NCBI GenBank assembly: GCA_964016885.1
Contig: OZ024741.1
Coordinates: 353,710,001-353,774,000, forward strand
Reading direction: 5' to 3'
Source: Eledone cirrhosa
Lineage: Eukaryota
Length of the DNA stretch: 64,000 nucleotides
Shown: positions 29,734 to 45,975 of the stretch, piece by piece
How the letters are laid out: every line of letters begins with the position of its first letter
Position numbering within the stretch: the stretch's first letter is position 1
Made by a program: the position numbers and the translations under genes
Notes under the pieces: model-generated
What the model was told of the DNA's origin: nothing
Databases searched by the model: none
The model's input: the letters and a program-made list of their open reading frames with translations, nothing else

Positions 29734-29740
<7 letters not shown>
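27890..29740 (+). mobile_element. 5'-truncated PLE (Nematis-like): RT thumb + GIY-YIG to 29008, 3' UTR with hammerhead 29575-29686
   Basis: SISLRISRLSSN, WFNP, IDKHFP..YHKIFNRKTIKLSYS, CNC..CPL..CL, VY..YIGST..FKKRWYVH. Confidence 0.85.
29575..29686 (+). ncRNA. Hammerhead, C4 core, extended helix II
   Basis: CAGTTATT CCGAGGA T TTGATTAGG...CCTAATCAA T GAA ACAATTGT T AATACTG. Confidence 0.7.
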
Positions 29741-29778
<38 letters not shown>

Positions 29779-29804
29779 GAAATTTTCGCTCTACATGGCT
29801 GAAT

Positions 29805-30060
29805 ACAATAAATGTAATCTGTGTTTTTCGAATATTAATAATTGTTTCTACTTTAGGCACAAGGCCAGCAATTATCCACTGCATTACTGAATAACATTCG
29901 ATTCGTTTGCAATTATGCAAACAAGCCTCATTTTTATAGTCATGTCAGTAGAATGAACCCTTCAAAGGGCAAGAATGACTATAAAAATGAGGCTTGTTTG
30001 CATAATTGCAAAAGAATCGAATGTTATTATCAATATTCGAAAAACTCAGATTACATTTAT

Positions 30061-30063
<3 letters not shown>
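29805..30063. repeat. Fold-back of a family also present at ~1495-1605, with a SINE tail fragment (~29838-29890) in the left arm
   Basis: AATAAATGTAATCTG...GTCAT / ATGAC...CAGATTACATTTATT. Confidence 0.8.
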
Positions 30064-30137
<74 letters not shown>

Positions 30138-31027
30138 GTGTGTGTGTGTGTATACATATATATATATATAATTACCTTTGAAATATATATATATAATTAC
30201 CTTTGAAATATAATAGATTATCTTTATCTTTATGACTGAAAGACGCAAGCGAAATTTTTATTAAAATATATTTTGGAGATGTATTTTTATATTGTTAAAT
30301 ATTGGATCTATACACCTGTTCTTATTAACTTTATAAACTTTTGTAATGCTTTGATATATGTTTATTTACTAATTATAATATATATCCTGCACTATATTTA
30401 ACTTCTTTATAGCAGCATATTTCTCTATACCAGCATGTTTTAAACATTTTTAATGCTTTTAGCTGCTCCTAATTTCATTTTTTGCATTTATATGCTCATA
30501 TTTTTCATATGCTTTTCTTATATGAATGTTGATACTTATGCTTACTTCCCATATTATGTATCCTCAAAATGTTCTTTGACATGCTTATTTGTGTTTTAAC
30601 CTTTACTATATACTCCGATGATTCCGGCCTTGTGCGTCAATGAAACGATTCTAAGTGATTAAATGTTCTAAAACACTCTTTATAAAGTATTTCGGCTCTG
30701 TAATAAACTTGTTTTTTACATTGAGCTATTCTCATACACGTAATTGGATAATATTTAATATTACCCACATTTCATATATATGCCTAGGGCGGGTAAAATT
30801 CCCGAGATCCATGGACGAGTTCACTCCAGCGGTCTCTGTCCTTCATTATCGCTGCCATGTCCTACGTCTCCAAGAGACCAGTGCCTATCCTTAGGGCATC
30901 AACATATGTTAACCTCGGTCTTCCTCTTCCAGTGTGTCAATGCAGTGTAGTCTGGATGTCGGTGAGCATGTCCAGCTAAGCTCAGTCTCCTCTGGGCTAC
31001 TCTCGAGCTGACTTTCGTGTGTGTATG

Positions 31028-31060
<33 letters not shown>

Positions 31061-31068
31061 ATATATAC

Positions 31069-31101
<33 letters not shown>

Positions 31102-31136
31102 AATACAATTATATATATATAATATATAATATATAT

Positions 31137-31208
<72 letters not shown>

Positions 31209-31224
31209 AATATATATATATATA

Positions 31225-31256
<32 letters not shown>

Positions 31257-31419
31257 ATATAAATATGATGAGGTCATAGCCATTCAATGGCTATCATCGA
31301 AATATATATAGCAGTAAATAAAGGATTATGAGTTCATGCAATTGACTTATGTTTCGTCACTATATATATATATATAAATAATTAGTAGACAAAACCTATA
31401 TATAAGACAAAACCTATAT

Positions 31420-31890
31420 ATTTGCTAGCATAGGTATGCATCTGTATATATGTTGGTAGATATACTAATTCTTTATAATTATCTCCAAATTATTTTGTTG
31501 AGCAAAAATTTGCCAAAACTACTACTATGGTTCATAGTAATAGTCAGGCTACTGTCTTATTAGCACCCCACTCCTCACTGATTAACCTCGATGACACCTG
31601 ATTGATTCTTTTGAATTTGCCACCGACCAAGTAGGCAGTGATTTTTTCAATGTCCTGGAATTTATTCCTCGCTTGCTTTTTTCCATCCACTGAATTATTT
31701 TTGTATACGTTCCCTGTGTCCACGCATTGCCTGGGAACTTAGCTGAGAATAGACCTCCCTGATGACGAAAGGAATTTTCTCCATGTTGTTCCATTCGGAA
31801 ACCATGTTTATTCCTTTTCAGAAACTAATTAGTTGGAGTGAAATTTAATTAAGTAAGTTAATTTTTATAATTTTCTTATTTTACGTCTTT
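31420..31890 (+). repeat. Diverged copy of the 545 bp HHR family; hammerhead 31755-31838
   Basis: CTCC CTGATGA C GAAAGGAAT...ATTCCTTTTC A GAA ACTAATTAGT T GGAG. Confidence 0.8.
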
Positions 31891-31900
31891 CATATATATA

Positions 31901-32944
<1,044 letters not shown>

Positions 32945-33043
32945 ATAATAATAAATTTGAAGACTAAAATCCAAAGAGGGCTCGATAAGGATAAATATAT
33001 ATCAAATATATAAGAACCGTAGAGCAAATATTTATTAAATATT

Positions 33044-33162
33044 AGTTTCAGAAGATCCCGTTAAGGGTCAAAGAAGCGATTCTTTGCTTAAACTTTCAGA
33101 TTCACTTTGTTAGTTTCAGAAGATCCCGTTAAGGGCGAAAGCAGCGATTCTTTGCTTACACT
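33044..33162 (+). ncRNA. Two tandem (68 bp period) hammerhead-like motifs with CAGAAGA core
   Basis: AGTTT CAGAAGA TCCC-GTTAA-GGGC GAA AGCA...TGCT T A(A/C)ACT; a third copy lies at 48308-48358 (minus). Confidence 0.65.
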
Positions 33163-33199
33163 TTAATCTGTTATTTTAATAAATAAATATATATATATA

Positions 33200-34138
33200 T
33201 ATATATGGATGTATATATAATGTATTTTGCAATACACTTTATGCTTAATTAAAAGCATTTTGAAGACCGTAAGCTATTGTTTTAAAGTAGTGACAAATTC
33301 ACTCACTTTGATCTCAGCAAACAGGGGCCAACTACCCCATCTGCCTGCTGAGATCATTGATGTTATATTCTTATAGAAATCTAGTAAATAATCAGGAGCT
33401 GATTATGCAGAGCGGTTGTTGGTCAGGCAGAAATTAAAAATTAGAATTGGAGCTCTGAAATAGCAATATATATATATGGATGTATATATAACGTATTTTG
33501 CAATACACTTTATGCTTAATTAAAAGCATTTTGAAGACCGTAAGCTATTGTTTTAAAGTAGTGACAAATTCACTCACTTTGATCTCAGCAAACAGGGGAG
33601 ATAAGCCAAGACTTGTTTCGCTTTGGTTGAAGCTTATCAAGGCCAACTTCCCCACCTGCCTGCTGAGATCATTGATGTTATATTCTTATAGAAATCTAGT
33701 AAATAATCAGGAGCTGATTATGCAGAGCGGTTGTTGGTCAGGCAGAAATTAAAAATTAGAATTGGAGCTCTGAAATAGCAATATATATATGGATGTATAT
33801 ATAATGTATTTTGCAATACACTTTATGCTTAATTAAAAGCATTTTGAAGATCGTAAGCTATTGTTTTAAAGTAGTGACAAATTCACTTACTTTGATCTCA
33901 GCAAACAGGGGAGATAAGCCGACAAGACTTGTTTCGCTTTGGTTGAAGCTTATCAAGGCTTAACAAGTCTTGTCGGCTTATCTCCCCTGTTTGCTGAGAT
34001 CAAAGTGAGTGAATTTGTCACTACTTTAAAACAATAGCTTACGGTCTTCAAAATGCTTTTAATTAAGCATAAAGTGTATTGCAAAATACATTATATATAC
34101 ATCCATATATATATTGCTATTTCAGAGCTCCAATTCTA

Positions 34139-34141
<3 letters not shown>
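33200..34141. repeat. Non-coding 271/313 bp tandem array plus inverted copy (33963-34141); U3-A8 hammerhead 33916-33961 (minus)
   Basis: GGATGTATATA recurs at 33207, 33478 and 33791. Minus strand AAGCC TTGATAA GCTT-CAACCA-AAGC GAA ACAAG-T-CTTGT C GGCTT. Confidence 0.88.
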
Positions 34142-34172
<31 letters not shown>

Positions 34173-34177
<5 letters not shown>

Positions 34178-34721
34178 TTGTAGTAGAATGAAACGAAATA
34201 TCATTTCTCACTCTTAGTACGGCACTTACTTAAATGTAAGTATGTATGTATACGTACATACATATATGTATACAGACGTACAGTAGCATGCATATATACA
34301 TATATATATATATATATATACATACAGGTACACATATATATATGTACGCTTTGTCCGTTTGTAAACAAACGGACAGCCTGATTTATGCCGTACGGTGTTA
34401 AGGCAACCACGTCACCTTTTTGTTCAACACTGACACAGGCACGATGTACTAGTTTCAAGCTTCTTAGCTTTCATCAGCACCGTATACCCTTCTGCCAGAT
34501 GGTTGAACGTTCGAAAGTATATACTTTCCTTATGAAAATTAATGGCTGAGCAGCCTAATTTGCATATCGAGTGAGTTCAGTCGGCCAGGCGTACCGAAAA
34601 CGATAAGTTGTAATAGAATGAAACGAAATTTCATTTCTCACTCTTAGTTCGGCACTTACTTAAATGTAAGTATGTATGTATACGTACATACATATATGTA
34701 TACAGACGTACAGTAGCATGC

Positions 34722-34760
<39 letters not shown>

Positions 34761-35190
34761 CAGGTACACATATATATATGTACGTATCAATTTAGCGGAC
34801 GTTTATTATAACGCCCGCTTTGTCCGTTTGTAAACAAACGGACAGCCTAATTTATGCCGTACGGTGTTAAGGCAACCACGTCACCTTTTTGTTCGACACT
34901 GACACAGGAACGATGTACTAGTTTCAAGCTTCTTAGCTATCATCAGCACCGTATACCCTTCTGCCAGATGGTTGAACGTTCGAAAGTATATACCTTCCTT
35001 ATGAAAATTAATGGCTGAGCAGCCTAATTTGCATATCGAGTGAGTTCAGTCGGCCAGGCGTACCGAAAACGATAAGTTGTAATAGAATGAAACGAAATTT
35101 CATTTCTCACTCTTAGTACGGCACTTACTTAAATGTAAGTATGTATGTATACGTACATACATATATGTATACAGACGTACAGTAGCATGC

Positions 35191-35263
<73 letters not shown>

Positions 35264-35340
35264 CAGGTACACATATATATATGTACGTATCAGTTTAGCG
35301 GACGTTTATTAAACGGACAAAGCGGGCGTTATAATAAACG
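34173..35340. repeat. Non-coding 430/469 bp tandem array with hammerheads at 34442-34482 and 34911-34951 (minus) and a short inverted tail (35311-35340)
   Basis: ATAAGTTGT starts at 34173, 34603 and 35072. CGGTG CTGATGA AAGCT-AAGA-AGCTT GAA ACTAGT A CATCG. Confidence 0.9.
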
Positions 35341-36757
35341 TTAATATAACCCACCATTTAATATAACCCACCATTCTCATCTAATCTAGCCACTAATATC
35401 CCCAATCGCTTCTTCTCTATCCTATCCAAACACTTCCCCCCTAACCATAGATATTACAAACTCTTTAATAAAAACAACATTAAAATCTCATTCTCCACTA
35501 CACCTAACCTAGCTAGCCACATCGCGTTCAGTAACCATCATAAGCTTAGACACTATAACTCTCACACCGCGGTACCACCACCCCTATCAAATACACCACG
35601 CCACTACACCAATAATTACTCTAGTAGCACACCTCCCCCCATCTAATCCTTCTAGCACGGACCAACTGCTTAGGTTAAATAACCCTACTCTCACTAACCG
35701 CAGAAGCAACTGCAACTGCCGGTACCCCAATGCATGCCCATTAAATGGACACTGTCTGACACCCAACATATTCTATAGGTGCACAGTTGAGACTGTTTCG
35801 AATACCAGCTCTTCTATCGGGTCTACCTCTAACCCTTTTAAGGTACGCTATAACGCGCACTCTTTTTCCTTCCGAGACCCTAGCAACAGATGTTCGACAT
35901 CGCTAGCTAGGCTCATTAAAAACCTTAAATTAAACAAAGTTCAACACTCACTAAAATGGGATATCGTAGCTAGGGCCCAACCGTTCCATGGACGAAGGAA
36001 ATCTTGTGATCTCTGTGTTACGGAAGCATATTACATAACTCTATCAAGACCTCTACCAATTAACGATAGAATGGAGGTAACTATTAGCTGTCAACATCGA
36101 AGGGCTAATTCCTTCGCCAATAGAGTTTCTGACCCAACTTAGTCATGTAGCCCCATCTCTAATTGTAGCTAATAAGTTAAATTGCTATGAACAACTCGAT
36201 AATTATAAGTTACCTCCCCTACATTGTCTCTCAATTAAATAATTTAAATACTAGCACATAACTATAAAATACACACAATCTCTAATCTCTCGAGAAGTTA
36301 CTTCCCCTGAAACCACCCTCTAATTAGTAAGGTAAATATGCCCTTTGGCAGCCATCTTGTTACCCATAGGCAGATCTCACACAATGCAGCCTCGACAGAT
36401 GAGTACTGCTTGATTATGGCTGACAGCTGATGAAACAAAGGCACCATAGTAAAAACTAGTATATGGAACATTATATTATGTAACATTATTTTAATTTATA
36501 TTCCTTTGAGTTCCGATGAGCCACTCTGTTTTTTTAAATATGTTAATTATTTTCAACTGAACCAGATCAATTATGATACATAGTCATCTGATCCATAAAT
36601 ATTATACGGAGTAGCGAAACAATTGAAAACGGGCATTATTATTATTAATATTATTATTATTATTATTCTCTACATTCCTTACATCAAACTAAATATGTTG
36701 ACAATCTTTTAATAATGTCTTCCTTGTGAAATTTGTGGTCTTGTTTTGCTTAACTAA

Positions 36758-36760
<3 letters not shown>
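35341..36760 (+). mobile_element. 5'-truncated PLE (Nematis-like) GIY-YIG region to ~36140; 3' UTR with decayed hammerhead 36510-36630
   Basis: YNPPFS..KHFPPNHRYYKLFNKNNIKISFS, CNCRYPNACPLNGHCL, IGSTSNPFKVRYNAH, CDLCVTE. HHR CCGATGA GCCACTCTGT...ACGGAGTAGC GAAACAATTG. Confidence 0.85.
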
Positions 36761-36844
<84 letters not shown>

Positions 36845-36899
36845 AAAAAGAAAAAATGACCACTTGTAGTGTTAAAAAATGTATGATTTAATGTTATAA

Positions 36900-37010
36900 T
36901 ATAATTGTTTCTACTTTTGGCACAAGACCAGCAATTACCTAGTGCATTACTGGTACTTTATTTTATCGACCCCGTAAAGATGAAAGGCAAACTTAACCTC
37001 GGCGGGATTT
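36900..37010 (-). mobile_element. SINE 3' half
   Basis: Family core and tail. Confidence 0.85.
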
Positions 37011-37479
37011 GCTTCTTGAAATAATACACAGACCAGCTCCACCATCGCTTCCACAATGATATATACCTGAAACTGGTTTGGGGATGTAATGACATTAAAC
37101 GTAGATGACAAGCATGAATGCGGTAGAGTTAGTAACGTGTAATATGGAATATGTGGCTGGATCTAGGTGTACACAGTGTAAAATAAGAATCAATTAGTGT
37201 GTGGAGATAGAGTGTAGCTATATCTTGAATATATGCGTGTGTGTGTGTGCACAAATAGACACGTGGCTACTCCAATGATACGAGGACGGACAGTGTGGGA
37301 AATTCCTATTTAGCTTGCAGAGCCACAAGTGCAAACCGATTGATGGTCTCTGTGGATGGCTAGGGAGACGCGTTGACGTAGCCATGCCAGTTTAAGGGGC
37401 CCACATCAGTTGATGTTCAACTCAGCTTTGGTGTTAATGGGTAAGAAAATGGTATGGGAACCAAATAGGCCAGAAGTAT

Positions 37480-37830
37480 CTACAAGTTCTTGTACTTGCT
37501 TGTACTTGTGTCGACATTCACCCTGGACGGGTTGAGCCGGCTTCTTCCTTTGTCCTGATGGCATCCCGAACCATGGCAGCCCATGCACAACGGTCCTGGG
37601 CTAGGTCACTGGAGATAGTGAGCCAGTCACGGTTCCATCGGCGCAGGCCGACCACCTGTGTACCTGAGAGTTCGGAGAGGTCCTCCTTGATCGTCGTTGC
37701 CCAGGTCTTCAGCTGCCCGCCAACGCGCTTGCGCCAGTTAGGGGGGGGGGAGAACATCGCGGATCAGCTCACCCTCAGGACGCCGGGCTGCGTGACCAAA
37801 CCATCTCAAGCGCCGTTGCAGAATCACTGA
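37480..37830 (-). pseudogene. RTE-clade LINE 3' fragment
   Basis: PPPNWRKRVGGQLKTWATTIKEDL..LAQDRCAW. Confidence 0.75.
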
Positions 37831-37969
37831 AGGAAGGGGTCGAAGATTCAGGCGAAGACGAATCTTCAAGTTCAATGACAAAGCTATCGGAAAGCAGCCG
37901 ATTGCTCATCAGCTTGTGATCTTCAGTTCATCGGGTATTTTGGGTCTGACACTAAATGCACCGGGTTAC

Positions 37970-38870
37970 CTTTAGAGAATGTGTCGCTACAGTTCGCGCC
38001 CCAGAGGAGGAGCTTACCGCCACGGAATGTGGAGATCGTGGCGCCATGTTTAATGATTTATTTGAGAGCAGCTTGGAATAGGTGGTGACCGACACGGTGA
38101 CGGCATTACAGTGGGTGAAGACCGAAGCATTCAGCATAGATCTATAGCGACATATGTGTTGCTCGCAGATACTGAGGCCGAGCCCCACAGAAACACCGAT
38201 GTGCAGAAGGTCGTTGTCCAGTACCGGTCGATAGTGAGGGTACAACGTTTAACCAAGCACCACTATGGGGCTGGAAGGCAGCATACCAGACTGTACTAGT
38301 CAAGCAGACGCACAAAGCTGTACAAAGACTTGTCTCACTGAATTGCATCACATTTCCATTAATAGGATTGGATGTCCCCAAACTGTTGAGGCCGAAACGG
38401 TTTATAGGCCGCCTGTGGTGAGGTGGATAACCTTCTGGGTGAGAGTAGAACAGGAGATCACCGTCGAAAGAAATACCAGTAAAGCCAATGAGATTGGAAG
38501 CTTGAAGCCAAGCCACTATATCTGATGATTAAGCTGGCGATCCGGTGACGTCAAACTGAACATTCGAGCCGGATGCAGTTATCGAGATCTGTGAAAATAG
38601 ATGCGTGACTATGGCAGCAAGCTCTGCGAAAGATATACAAAAGATTAGGCATGGTGAACCAGTTCCTCAACATGAAGAGAGATGGATATGCCTCAATCAG
38701 GTTCACTCTGCTTATAAATGTTTCCAGCTGGTGTAGCTTAGGATTGATGGCAGATCGAATGGCAGACTAGAGTATGAGATCATCTTTTTTCAGGGTTACC
38801 TGCACCTGATGGAGTATCGGAGGCACGTCCGAGACGGGGGATCACAAAGCCCTCTGTGTCGTAATTAACT
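37970..38870 (-). pseudogene. Decayed CRE-like non-LTR element (RT C-terminus to Zn knuckle)
   Basis: HSGAWLNVVPS..LDND..GLGLSICEQHIC. Confidence 0.65.
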
Positions 38871-38984
38871 TTCATACCAGAGTGCGTATATTCAATATAA
38901 AAGCTACATCACAAAGACGTTTATTCTTAAAATAATTCTCAGGAAGATTCAGCATGACAGTGCACCACAATGCTGGCCCTTTGA

Positions 38985-39068
<84 letters not shown>

Positions 39069-39604
39069 TACATACACATACATATATACATAAAAAGACA
39101 GATAGAGAAGGGAGAGAGTAGAGAAAGTATGAATAGAATGAAGACAATATCGCAAAGCAAGTGATATCATTCCGTTTTCTTTCGAAACTGTCCTCTTAGA
39201 AAAGGAAAGAGGCGGGTAATGGCATTTTTCGTCTTTGTAATATTAGTTTACGGTCTGATTCAATGAAGATTTCAATGACAACATTGAGCAAAAGCTATAA
39301 ATCATAACAGAGAATACCTTTCATGAGTTGCTTTTACAATTACATCTGGCATTTTAATTTTTCCTTCTTCCTCTACAGCATTATCTTATTCTCTTTCATC
39401 TCCGTCCTATCCTTCATTTTCATCACCGTCAACGGTGAGAGCTACTTCCTTTACTTATTCTTCTTTTGTTTCTCATTCCACCCTCTTTTTTCTCTATTTC
39501 CTCCTCTTCCTTCTTTTTTGTCTATTGCCATGACAACAATCAGTACACTTACTCTTTATCACATTCTACTCTGTGTTTTTTTTATCTTCTTAAACAATTT
39601 CCAT

Positions 39605-39648
<44 letters not shown>

Positions 39649-39779
39649 TTAGGCGTAGCAAAGAGGTTGCAAGGAGAGGAAGTTGCCCCGGGTGCAGGAA
39701 AGAAGAGGTACAAAATTCTCTCTAGCCTATTACCTCAGTTAATTAAGGTGGAGGCACCAAACTAAACTGTGTCTGCCTC

Positions 39780-40330
39780 TTGGCACTAAGAGATCCTGTT
39801 ACATGATTGATTCTGGCTGCAATTATTCTGATTATTCAACCAGTACTCCTAAACAGTTAACCACAAAATCTCCGGTTGCTCAGCCCTTGATATGTTAAAT
39901 ATATATACAGACACGATTACGTTAGAAGCTTTATCCTCTGTTAACAATTTGATCTGAAAACTAACAAATAGTGGCACAAAAATGTACCAATCACTGAACA
40001 TAACAACTCCCATGCCTACACTTAGATATACCTATTCAAATTGAACAGGAGATCAAAGTGAATCACCTAGTTATATTAATCAAGGACTGGAACAAAATTG
40101 CACATTTATAGACATCGCGATCCCATCTGAACCAAATATCTCCTGAAAAGAAATGAGAAAACTGTTAAAATACAATAAATTCGAAAGTGAAATATACAGG
40201 ATGTGGAGCATGAAGGCAAACTCAGTAATAGAAGCATTGGATATGATAAAACAAACATAAATGAAAATATACAAGCCTAGAATGCACATATTGATGAAAA
40301 CCCACTATTTTCTTTTCAAGAACGAGATCC
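39780..40330 (+). pseudogene. Decayed R4/Dong-like RLE fragment
   Basis: CTFIDIAIPSEPNIS*KE..KLLKY..RMW. Confidence 0.6.
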
Positions 40331-40419
40331 TTTGGACCATGTGACAGCCACTCCTATGTCATTAATGCCGTTATGAACGTGTAATCAATGGCTGTATTGT
40401 GATAAGACTTACTTAGGGA

Positions 40420-40780
40420 TAACCCTCGTTCCGTTCGAGAAAGATAAATCTTTAATCTGAGACACCACGTACTGCGACATGTACTCCACTGCCAAACTTG
40501 ATGTTCCGGCCACCAAACTGGGTATTGCCGTTCGTAACGTTGAGGAGAGGAGGATAACCAAACACCGGCACTTGATCAATCGTTTCCTTTTCGGGCCGAT
40601 CACCGTCGAGACTTCTGGTCTCCTCGGTTCCTGAACAGCAGATTTTCTCTGCAAAATTGAGAGGATTGCATCTCGTCTGGCGAAAAAGTCGCCGTGAGTT
40701 TGGATGGCTGATGCAACGGGAATTTCTGACTGTTCTTCGCGGCAATGCATTTGCAATTTTGTCCGTGAGACGCAGTTGAA
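40420..40780 (+). pseudogene. CRE-like RLE fragment
   Basis: FGPITVETSGLLG ... LTVLRGNAFAIL. Confidence 0.7.
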
Positions 40781-41919
40781 ACATACCGTTCAGACTGGAT
40801 GTAGAGTCTGTCAATCCTTCCCTCTTTCCTTTACTTTAGTTGTTAATTTTTTATTTATTTCTTTCGCTTTTTTTATTGCAAACTTTACATTGACAATTTA
40901 TTACAAATACGATCTGAACAAAACCCCGGAAATGTTTCACTAATCTAGAAAAAGAAAAATCATCTCGATTCTTTAAATTAGTTTTTATTTGAAAATTTAT
41001 ATTTAAGAGTATGTTTCTGTGTTGGTGTATACAAATTCGCTTGTGTGTTTAAATGATTTTGCGTCTATAAATGTGTTTGCATGTATAAAAGTGTATCTGT
41101 ATATAAATGTATTTGTATGTATAAACCAAGACAACAAATGGCTACTACAAACGAAATGGTATGGTGGGATATATCCCAAAAGAAGCACCTAGAAATGAAA
41201 TGTATACTAATTCATGTCTTCAATGGAGGCAAGCCATCATAAAAATAATATCGATGGTAAGAAACTAACAATCAAAATGTAATAGCAACAGAACAATCGA
41301 AATCATATATAACTAATCTAGTGTAAACAATAGCCCAAGTAATAACAGAAGAATCTTACATTGGAATCAATGACGACTGAGTAAAAGAATCAGTAAGAAA
41401 ATTTGTCGAAGCACAAATATATATAAATTAAAAGGTTAGGGACTATTTATCCCACACACGATTGTCATATATATGATCTTTGTTTGAATCTTTTGTGATC
41501 AGATATCTTTATTCAATGGAAGATCAATTTTATTGACTGTATGGAAAGGGAAATTGGAGTCATGGCGTTCAAATATTTCTATATAGCATCAGTAATGTGA
41601 AATAAAACAGTTACAATTGAGAATTGAACACGAATCGCAGACGCAGTTCACCTGGGAATTTGCCTTCTTTTCAACGTTTAAATATATCAGTAATATTGGA
41701 ACCTCAAACAAAAGGATAAAAATATCAATCAACAAAATTACTAATGAACAGAAAAAGTTGTCGAGTCTAAACAAGAACACAACAGTTCACAAAAAGCTTA
41801 GATGAAGTTTAAAAAAAAGGATATCCTGTTTATAAGATATAATAGGGAAACCTTGAAGAATAAATAAGCTATTTAAGGAAAGAATAAAGGAATTGAAGAA
41901 AAGTGATATATTTTAAAAT

Positions 41920-42123
41920 AATTGTTTCTACTTTTGGCACAAGGCTGGCAATTTGAAGGGAAGGGGAAGTTGATTAAATCGCTCCAGTGCGTTACATTGC
42001 TTTATTTTCTCGAGCCCGTAAAGATAACCTTGGCGGGATTTCAACTCAGAACGTAAAGAGCCGTAACAATATTCCGCAAAACATGTTGTCCGACGCTCTA
42101 CCGATACTGCCAATCCACCGCCT
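41920..42123 (-). mobile_element. tRNA-derived SINE
   Basis: GGCGGTGGATTGGCAGTATCGGTAGAG head and family tail. Confidence 0.85.
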
Positions 42124-42949
42124 TTATATTAAAAAGAAATAAAATGTAGGTTGGATGAGAAAAGCAAAATAAGAGAAAAAAAACAACAATAAAAGAAATG
42201 TTAGAATGTTTACATAAAAAACAAGCATTTTAGAAATTACCAATCTAAGCAAATAAATGCTATCTGAAGTTGGATTCCAGCTTAATCCCAAAGTCCTCTC
42301 GTGTCTTAACTTTGGACACATTTACTGTCTCTGCTAGGATTTCTGTGTATACCGCAAGTGCAAGCATGAGGACTTATTTCCAAGCCAAGCTTTGTCGGCA
42401 TCTTTCCTTGCTCGGATGGCATCTTTGACCCCTTTATTGAACTAAAGGATCCACTTTCCATCCGGCGTCGCACCAAGCCGCTTTCGCCCGCATCATTTAA
42501 CAGCTGAAGCAGAAACTGCAGCGCTGAAAAATCTCAAATTTCGTCGTGGTCAACTTATCCCTTAATCCTACCGAGGGTTGGTCGATAAAGCAAACCACCA
42601 GTGTTGATTTGATAGACTTACCCATTTTCTGAACTGGCTGGCATTGTGTCTAAATTAAAACTTATATATAGGCAAACATATTAAACAAATTCAAATAATT
42701 ATCATGAAATGCATCTTAAAATAATGTTAAAGCTGAAATGGCAATGTCATTTGAATAGAAATAGAATTTCTGGTGATTAATTTTAAATTACAATGACGTA
42801 GATAATTTTTGAATCATAATGAATTGACTGCCAATGATACACTGTCTGAGTATTCTTTCTATATAACGATTTCAGTATTCTCGTTATCTATATATCAGTA
42901 TGTCTTGCAATCAAATTTATCAGATCTATCTATCTATCTATCTATCTAT

Positions 42950-45002
<2,053 letters not shown>

Positions 45003-45029
45003 TATATACATATATATATAGAGAGAGAG

Positions 45030-45975
45030 AATTTAGTATATCTACTAACATATGCGTACAGATGTACGCTAATGCCAGCAAATACACAGGTTATGTCATA
45101 GTACCTAGGTGGTTCAATGCAGGAGGATGCAGAACAATAATATAAAAGACGTAAAATAAGAAAATTAAAAAAATTTTTTTTTAAATTAACTTACTAAAAT
45201 TTTCACTCCAACTAATTAGTTTCTGCAATGGGATAAAGACAGTTACGTAATAAACTATCGAGAATTCATTGCGTCATCAGGGAGTCTATTCTCAGCTAAG
45301 TCTCCAGGCAATGCGCGGACACTGGGGACTCATATAAAAATAATAATAATTCGGTAAATGGAACAGCTAGCGGGGACTGGATTTAGTAAGTTAATTTTTA
45401 AAAAAAAAATTTTTAATTTTCTTATTTTACGTCTTTTATATTATTGTTCTGCATCCTCCTGCATTGAACCACCTAGGTACTATGACATAACCTGTGTATT
45501 TGCTGGCATTAGCGTACATCTGTACGCATATGTTAGTAGATATACTAAATTCTCTATATTTATCTCCAAATTACTTATTTGTCGAGCAAACCTGCCAAAA
45601 CCACTACTAATTTTTTGGTGTGTTAGTAGGCTTCTGTCATCTTACCATCCCACTCCTACCGACTAGCCTCTGTGTCACGTGATTGATTCTTTAGAATCTG
45701 CCATTTGACCAGCGACGGCGAGATTTTCAGTACATGGAATCCAGTCCCCGCTAGCTGTTCCATTTACCGAATTATTATTATTTTTATATGAGTCCCCAGT
45801 GTCCGCGCATTGCCTGGAGACTTAGCTGAGAATAGACTCCCTGATGACGCAATGAATTCTCGATAGTTTATTACGTAACTGTCTTTATCCCATTGTAGAA
45901 ACTAATTAGTTGGAGTGAAAATTTTAGTAAGTAAGTTAATTTTTTTAAAAAAATTTTTAATTTTCTTATTTTACG

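Noticed and set aside
33200-35340. Regular repeats suggesting a CRISPR-like array
   Set aside because: Whole units are repeated with no unique spacers, the context is eukaryotic and there are no cas genes.
41130-41900. K/N-rich broken reading frames (possible host exon or ORF1)
   Set aside because: Many stops, no recognisable domain and no supportable splice structure.
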